Shown: positions 58,506 to 64,000 of the stretch, one piece after another | Position numbering within the stretch: position 1 is the stretch's first letter | How the letters are laid out: each line of letters begins with the position of its first letter | NCBI GenBank assembly: GCA_964454265.1 | Contig: CAYVXD010000004.1 | Span: forward strand, 2,409-66,408 | Length of the DNA stretch: 64,000 nt | Direction: 5' to 3' | Origin: an uncultured Candidatus Sumerlaeota bacterium | Lineage (GTDB): Bacteria; Sumerlaeota; Sumerlaeia; MWCT01; JAUWMI01 | Made by a program: the position numbers and the translations under genes | Notes under the pieces: model-generated | Seen by the model: the letters and a program-made list of their open reading frames with translations, nothing else | Told to the model about the DNA's origin: nothing | Database searches by the model: none

Positions 58506-60309
58506 CCACAGCGGACTGAGGTTTCACTGCTGTGGACGAGCTTATGACCTTCGGTGTATCCTCCTGAGGCTTCTCCTTCCAGTTTGTAAAATAGTACGCA
58601 ATAATATTCTTAGCAAGCGGGGCTGCTACGGCTCCGCCATGCCCACCTTTCTCAACGAGTACCAGGACTGCAATCTTTGGGTCGTCATAGGGCGCAAAGC
58701 CCACGAACCACGCATCTGTAGCCTCTAGGTCACGCTGGGCTGTTCCGGTTTTCCCCGCCACTTTCCAGTCGCGGAGAAACCCCGCCTTGTAGGCAGTTCC
58801 CCCTTCTTCGTTCACTGCTGCCACGAGCCCTTCCATTATAGTGCTGCGAGCCGAGTTGCTCAGGTGAATCTCGTGATACTTGGGATCGGTGAGGATCATA
58901 ACCTCGCCGCCATGTGATTCAATGCGATCCAGGAGATGGGGAGTCCAGAGCCGTCCGCCATTGGCAAACGCGCAGTAGGCATTGAGAATCTGAAGAGGAG
59001 TTGCGGCAATGCGGCCTTGACCAATACCCAACAGAATCACCTCGCCTGGGGGCAATCCGGCGGCCAGATTCAAGGGCAGATACCCCCTCACTTCTCCAGA
59101 CAGGTCAATACCAGTCAGGCTGCCAAGGCCCAGCTGGAACGCACAATCAACCAGGCGCTTTGCACCAACTGCCTCAGCCAGTTGGTAAAAATATATGTTG
59201 CAGGAATATTTAATAGCCTCCTGCATATTCACCCAGCCGTGTCCACTGGGCAGAAAGCAGGTGAACGGCTTATTCCACTGGGGCAGATAGAACTTGCCAT
59301 TGCAATAGAATTTCTTCTCGCGGCTGATCCCAGCGCGGAGCGCAGCCAGACAGGTGATCAGTTTGAACGTTGAGCCTGGGGGGTAATGTTCCTGGATCGC
59401 CTTATTCAGAAAACAGCTCCCCTCTTTGGAAAACGATCCGGGGTCATTTGGGTCAAAACCCGGAGTACTGACCATAGCCAGAATCGCTCCATTAGACGGA
59501 TCCATTACAATAATTACGCCGGAACGACCTTGTAATTGCCGATACGTATACTCTTGGAGCTTGAGATCCAGGGTCAGAAAGACGTTGTTGCCGGACTCGG
59601 GGGGGTGGCTGACATAGGCATCCCGTTTTCGTCCGCGGGCGTCTCGCCGCACAATTTCCTCGCCAGCGTGTCCCAGCAAACTCGATTCATAAATCCGCTC
59701 GATATTGACAATGCCGACAAAATCTTTGGGATCGTAGTTCTGGTCAAGAAACTGAGAGACAAGCGATTCGGGAATCATGCCCATGTGTCCTGAGATATGA
59801 CAGGTCGCTGGCCCAGCAGGATAGTAACGCTTGAAACCCTCCTCAACGATCAGTCCGGGTAAATTATACTGTTCCTCCAGTATGGGAGTGATCTCTGCCA
59901 GAGAAAGATTCTTCGCCAGAAGCACCTTCTGCCATTTTGAGTTTAAACGTCTCAGGCGATCTTCTAAGCTGATAACATCGCGGTTCAAGAGTGCCGACAG
60001 CCGGGTAAGAGTCTCATGAATCGTTTGCAGCTCTAGCTTGAAAGGGCTCACGTATACGGAGAACGTGACGCGACTGACTGCAATGGTCAGATGATTCCGA
60101 TCAAAAATGGTTCCTCGCGGTGCCTCAAGCCGTTGCGGAACCAGAAAATTATTCTCAGAAAGTTCACGGTAATATTTGCCCTGGATCAGGGTTATTGGAA
60201 AGAGGCGCAGGGCAAGTACCACGAAGCTCGCTGCTAACAGGAGGATTAGTATTTTGAAGCGTCGATGTAAGAACTGATATTCACTTGGCTTGGTCTTTTC
60301 TTTCAGCAT
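58483..60309 (-). CDS. mrdA: class B penicillin-binding protein (PBP2-like peptidoglycan D,D-transpeptidase)
   Basis: 608 aa. N-terminal TM anchor, PBP dimerisation domain and transpeptidase motifs STFK, SCN and KTGTA. The 3' end overlaps the convergent HU/IHF gene by 23 bp. No mreCD or rodA are adjacent. Confidence 0.85.
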   Translation of the reverse strand: MLKEKTKPSEYQFLHRRFKILILLLAASFVVLALRLFPITLIQGKYYRELSENNFLVPQRLEAPRGTIFDRNHLTIAVSRVTFSVYVSPFKLELQTIHETLTRLSALLNRDVISLEDRLRRLNSKWQKVLLAKNLSLAEITPILEEQYNLPGLIVEEGFKRYYPAGPATCHISGHMGMIPESLVSQFLDQNYDPKDFVGIVNIERIYESSLLGHAGEEIVRRDARGRKRDAYVSHPPESGNNVFLTLDLKLQEYTYRQLQGRSGVIIVMDPSNGAILAMVSTPGFDPNDPGSFSKEGSCFLNKAIQEHYPPGSTFKLITCLAALRAGISREKKFYCNGKFYLPQWNKPFTCFLPSGHGWVNMQEAIKYSCNIYFYQLAEAVGAKRLVDCAFQLGLGSLTGIDLSGEVRGYLPLNLAAGLPPGEVILLGIGQGRIAATPLQILNAYCAFANGGRLWTPHLLDRIESHGGEVMILTDPKYHEIHLSNSARSTIMEGLVAAVNEEGGTAYKAGFLRDWKVAGKTGTAQRDLEATDAWFVGFAPYDDPKIAVLVLVEKGGHGGAVAAPLAKNIIAYYFTNWKEKPQEDTPKVISSSTAVKPQSAVAMNAKDF

Positions 60310-60396
60310 GAAGGAACAACTTTAGGAAAGTGGCGTTGGCGAACTGCCGCCCGGTGGCGAGACAAGCGAAGGCACACGACATGCCCACTCTGGGGG

Positions 60397-61125
60397 CTAC
60401 TCTTTTCCCTCCTTTTCCCCAGGCTCTTTTGGGCTGGTTGGCCCTTCGAAAATCAAACCGTTGATTTCGTACAGGATTACTGCCCAAAGGCCCCACCCGA
60501 GCAGGGTGTAAAGAAAGATATCGAACGCGCTGAGCTTAGCAAGCCTGTTCTGGATATCGGGATTCGTGAAGAGGACATATATAATGATCGCAAGAGGTAA
60601 AAAGCAGAATATTGGAAAGGCCGTATAGTGCACCAACCGATACAGCATGGATTGCGGTCGAACTACCGCAACAGCTGCCTCACCTTTTTCTGGAGGATAT
60701 TGCTTCAAGGCCTCTTCAATATCACTGGTGCTGGCGATCGCTGGTTTGATGCGCATACCTACCAGTGTCTTGAGATTATCAAGAAGAACGAGGTCCGAGG
60801 GGTCTTCCATTGCGACAACCAGTCCGTCGCGTTCCATGCGAATAGGAACCAAATGGTGTTTCGTGGCAATGTGCCGTGGGATCAAGGTGAGCGTCAACGG
60901 TGCGATTTCCATGCCGGCGAGGGAGACGAGATCGTAGCCAAGTTGTCGTTTTAAGAAGCCCATTTTTACACTTTCTGTAATCACACCCATCTCCACCAGA
61001 ATTCGTCCCAAGGGCATATCACTTTCACGCTGCTTTTTCAGGGCTTCGTCGAGTTGCGCATTGTTGATAATCCCCTCGCGAAGCAAGATTTCTCCCACAC
61101 TTCCGGCCACTCTGTTTGGGGTCAT
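60397..61125 (-). CDS. stand-alone MshEN (T2SSE_N, c-di-GMP receptor-type) domain protein with two C-terminal TM helices
   Basis: 242 aa. Tandem 24-residue motifs SVGEILLREGIINNAQLDEALKKQ and PLGRILVEMGVITESVKMGFLKRQ with a 5-residue spacer, then the rest of the T2SSE_N fold, then helices LVHYTAFPIFCFLPLAIIIYVLF and IFLYTLLGWGLWAVILYEI. No ATPase domain. 87 bp upstream of the PBP2 gene on the same strand. Confidence 0.65.
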   Translation of the reverse strand: MTPNRVAGSVGEILLREGIINNAQLDEALKKQRESDMPLGRILVEMGVITESVKMGFLKRQLGYDLVSLAGMEIAPLTLTLIPRHIATKHHLVPIRMERDGLVVAMEDPSDLVLLDNLKTLVGMRIKPAIASTSDIEEALKQYPPEKGEAAVAVVRPQSMLYRLVHYTAFPIFCFLPLAIIIYVLFTNPDIQNRLAKLSAFDIFLYTLLGWGLWAVILYEINGLIFEGPTSPKEPGEKEGKE

Positions 61126-61555
61126 CTTTGTTTCCTCTTAATCTGGATAACAGCGTTCTCCATCGCAAGCACAGAAACGATTCTGAAAAGGTTTTCTCCT
61201 TTTATAGAAGGAAAACAGGACGAAAAATTAACATTGCAACTGAGGCATGTCAAGCAGAAACATAGTGGTAACTTTAGCTAAATTAAAGGTGTAAGATAAA
61301 GTAACGGAAAATTTATTGTCATATACGCACTGCCAGCATCTGGCAGCATTGACGCTGCAACGTATGCCATGGTGGCGTCATTTTTGCCTGGCATTAATCT
61401 CCTTGACAGCGGCTGTATTTATTCCATAATTTACCAGCATTTCTAGCGGAGCGTAGCTTGCACGATAGGTTCTCCCCTTTTCATTTGTGGGGCGAAGTTG
61501 AAGCCAGATGTTAAACATAAGGAGCTGAGCGAATTCAAGAAAAGCAGACACTAAC

Positions 61556-62398
61556 ATGAAGCAATTCAAACTGCAAAATAGTGTAGCGGAATTAAAAGAA
61601 ATCGCCAAACAGATGCGCGTTGCCATACTGAAAATGCTCCATCGCGCTGGGTCTGGTCATAGCGGCGGCTCGCTTTCATGCGTCGAGTTGATCTCTGGGC
61701 TTTACTTCTCCGAGTTACGACATGATCCCCGTAACCCAAGCTGGGAAGACCGGGACCGCTTCATAATCTCAAAAGGCCACGGTTGCCCAACTGTTTATGC
61801 GGCCCTGGCGTTTGCGGGATACTTTCCACTTACGGAGCTGGATACATTGCGAAAACTCGACAGCATTTTGCAAGGACATCCATATTCCCGGGCGACGACC
61901 GGCGTTGAAGTCTCGACGGGAAGTCTGGGACACGGGCTTGCGATGGCCAATGGAATCGCTCTGGCCGCGCGTCTCAATAAACGGAACCACCATGTGTTCT
62001 GTTTACTAGGCGATGGCGAGATTCAGGAGGGTGAGGTTTGGGAAGCTGCAATGGCTGCGGCTCACTACCGGTTAGACCGCGTGTGTGCAATTCTGGATCA
62101 CAATGGACTCCAGATTGATGGGCCAAATGATGAAATCATGAAGGTGATGCCGGTAGTGGAGAAATGGCAAGCGTTCGGGTGGCACACCATTCAGATTGAT
62201 GGACACAACTTCGACCAGATTCTTGCCGCTTACCGTGCCGCAAGGAAAGTTGTTGGAAAACCTACCATGATCGTCGCTGAGACAGTGAAAGGCAAAGGCG
62301 TTTCCTTTATGGAAAATGTAGTGGATTTCCATGGTGTAGCTCCAACGGAAGAGCAACTGGTCCGGGCGCTACAGGAAATCGAATCAAGCCAACCGTGA
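61556..62398 (+). CDS. tktA: transketolase, N-terminal (TPP-binding) subunit of a split enzyme
   Basis: 280 aa. GSGHSGGSLS and GDGE...E TPP motifs. Confidence 0.9.
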   Translation: MKQFKLQNSVAELKEIAKQMRVAILKMLHRAGSGHSGGSLSCVELISGLYFSELRHDPRNPSWEDRDRFIISKGHGCPTVYAALAFAGYFPLTELDTLRKLDSILQGHPYSRATTGVEVSTGSLGHGLAMANGIALAARLNKRNHHVFCLLGDGEIQEGEVWEAAMAAAHYRLDRVCAILDHNGLQIDGPNDEIMKVMPVVEKWQAFGWHTIQIDGHNFDQILAAYRAARKVVGKPTMIVAETVKGKGVSFMENVVDFHGVAPTEEQLVRALQEIESSQP

Positions 62399-62520
62399 GG
62401 ATGAATAATTGTGGGAGCTTAGCAAGAGTCAGCTTCTGAGGTATTACGGCATATTGATGTTGCAAATGGTGTTGTTTTGTTCTATCGAACGAACGTTCAT
62501 GCTGGCAATGGAGAAGTCTG

Positions 62521-63456
62521 ATGACGGCTGACAAGATTGCAACACGGGATGCCTATGGTGAAGTGCTGGTCGAGCTTGGGGAGCAGCATGAGGAGATTGT
62601 GGTGCTCGATGCCGACTTGTCAAAATCCACACGTACAATCAAGTTTGCCAAGCGCTTCCCCGATCGCTTTTTCAACATGGGCATAGCTGAGCAAAATATG
62701 ATGGATACGGCCTGTGGCCTTGCTGTTTCGGGCAAGACGGTATTTGCCAGTTCGTTTGCAATATTTGCATCTGGCCGCGCATGGGAACAGGTGCGGAATT
62801 CGATCTGCTATTCTCGCTACAACGTGAAGGTAGTTGCCACTCATGCAGGGATTTCGGTTGGTGAAGATGGGGTGTCGCATCAGGCCTGCGAGGATGTGGC
62901 GATTATGCGAGCCATCCCTAACATGCGCATTTTCGTGCCAGCTGACTCGGTGGAGACAAAGGCCATTATAAGGACAGTTGCGCAGGACCAGAAGCCGGCG
63001 TACGTGCGGCTAGGCCGGGCTAAGGTTCCTGTAATTTACGACGACACCTATGTCTTCTATCCTGGCAAGGCCTCTCAGCTACGCGAAGGGTCGGACGTCG
63101 CGCTCATCGCCATGGGAGCGACAGTTGTCATCGCACTTGAAGCTGCGTCACGGCTTGCCGAGGAACGGATTAGCGTCCGGGTTATTAATATGTCGACAGT
63201 TAAGCCTATTGACCGTGACGCAATTCTGGCTGCCAGCAATGAGACGCGGGCTATCGTTACTATCGAAGAACATAATGTGATTGGCGGACTCGGCTCTGCG
63301 GTGGCGGAAGTACTAGTCACACTTCCCCATCGAGTGCCGATGCGCATGATTGGATTGGAGGATACGTTTGCCCAGTCAGGCAACTATGCCGAGTTGTTCG
63401 ACCGCTACGGATTAAGTGTTCCCAACATGATCAGGGTAGTTAAAGAGATTTTATGA
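62521..63456 (+). CDS. tktB: transketolase, C-terminal (pyrimidine-binding + C-terminal domain) subunit
   Basis: 311 aa. FNMGIAEQNMM and HAGISVGEDGVSHQ motifs. Confidence 0.9.
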   Translation: MTADKIATRDAYGEVLVELGEQHEEIVVLDADLSKSTRTIKFAKRFPDRFFNMGIAEQNMMDTACGLAVSGKTVFASSFAIFASGRAWEQVRNSICYSRYNVKVVATHAGISVGEDGVSHQACEDVAIMRAIPNMRIFVPADSVETKAIIRTVAQDQKPAYVRLGRAKVPVIYDDTYVFYPGKASQLREGSDVALIAMGATVVIALEAASRLAEERISVRVINMSTVKPIDRDAILAASNETRAIVTIEEHNVIGGLGSAVAEVLVTLPHRVPMRMIGLEDTFAQSGNYAELFDRYGLSVPNMIRVVKEIL

Positions 63457-63495
63457 TCAACTGAAAGGAAGAAGGCCGCCAGAGGAGGAGGGGTC

Positions 63496-63888
63496 ATGAA
63501 AGCAAAAAAGAAAGTTCTGGTTATTGATGATGAGAATGATATTTTGCTCATTATAAAGAGCGCTCTTCATGAAGAAGGCTACGACGTGGTAACTGCTAAT
63601 AATGGATACGATGGCCTCGCACTGGCAGAAGATGCGTCTCCGGATTTGATTATACTGGATATTATGATGCCGGAGATGGATGGGTTTGAAGTATTACAGC
63701 AATTGAAGGAGAATGAAAAAACAGCACGAATCCCCGTAGTTATCCTTACTGGAATGTCAAGCAAAGATAAAATTCGTGAGGCTCTGGACAAGGGCATTGA
63801 CTATTATATTGTGAAGCCTTTCGAGTATCAGGATCTCGTATCAAAAGTGAAAATTGCTATTGATGATGCGGAAAGGCAGCCTTCATAG
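63496..63888 (+). CDS. single-domain response regulator (CheY-like receiver only)
   Basis: 130 aa. The DD...D...T...K receiver residues are recognisable (VLVIDDENDIL, LIILDIMMPEMDG, VVILTGM, KP). Confidence 0.85.
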   Translation: MKAKKKVLVIDDENDILLIIKSALHEEGYDVVTANNGYDGLALAEDASPDLIILDIMMPEMDGFEVLQQLKENEKTARIPVVILTGMSSKDKIREALDKGIDYYIVKPFEYQDLVSKVKIAIDDAERQPS

Positions 63889-64000
63889 GGGCCCTCGATT
63901 CGTCACAGTGTCGCAGCGTATTACTCACCTGTTCGGGCGCGGCGAAGTTTGCTTGTGTGCGCTTTCTTCTTGGCTATCCGTTTTAGCGTCCTACCATGAA

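Overview
This 64-kb window comes from a Gram-negative-type bacterial chromosome of roughly 53-55% GC. The taxon cannot be fixed from sequence alone. The gene content (surA-pdxA-ksgA, sucCD next to 2-oxoglutarate:ferredoxin oxidoreductase korDABC, cimA-like, nrdR, split transketolase) fits a deltaproteobacterium-like or similar anaerobe or microaerophile.

The window has three kinds of content.

(1) Housekeeping blocks: dprA-topA-hslV; rplU-rpmA-obg-proB-proA; aspS; hisS; cimA; nrdR; trxA; hisA; sucCD-korDABC; two surA-like PPIases-pdxA-ksgA; HU/IHF; a class-B PBP; split transketolase; and a receiver-only response regulator.

(2) Three cell-envelope glycan loci: a WbaP-type phosphotransferase with two GT4 genes and an interrupted SDR (9.0-13.5 kb); an O-antigen-ligase-like/GT4/FemAB-like/LpxA-like/GT2/GT4 cluster (34.6-41.4 kb); and rmlA-like, rmlC-like, a UGM-like FAD oxidoreductase and a GT-C membrane protein (49.8-54.2 kb).

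(3) An accessory-looking stretch at 0.7-9 kb. It holds two tandem B12-binding radical-SAM enzymes, an FAD oxidoreductase and a GT2, then a 4 x 29-bp tandem repeat array, Hsp20, a DUF433/DUF5615/HicB toxin-antitoxin-like trio, and tRNA-Ser(GGA) followed by a structured AT-rich inverted-repeat region.

The most interesting signals are these:
- Two proteins carry tandem MshEN-type c-di-GMP-binding motifs. One is a PilB/MshE-like ATPase with PilC and an unknown lower-GC membrane protein. The other is a stand-alone MshEN + 2TM protein that appears co-transcribed with the class-B PBP.
- A family of 28-bp intergenic palindromes shares conserved GTAGRGGC arms.
- A 191-bp MITE-like insertion has terminal inverted repeats and a 9-bp flanking duplication.
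- An SDR gene is interrupted by an in-frame TGA.
- hslV has no hslU next to it.

No CRISPR, integrase, transposase or rRNA is seen.
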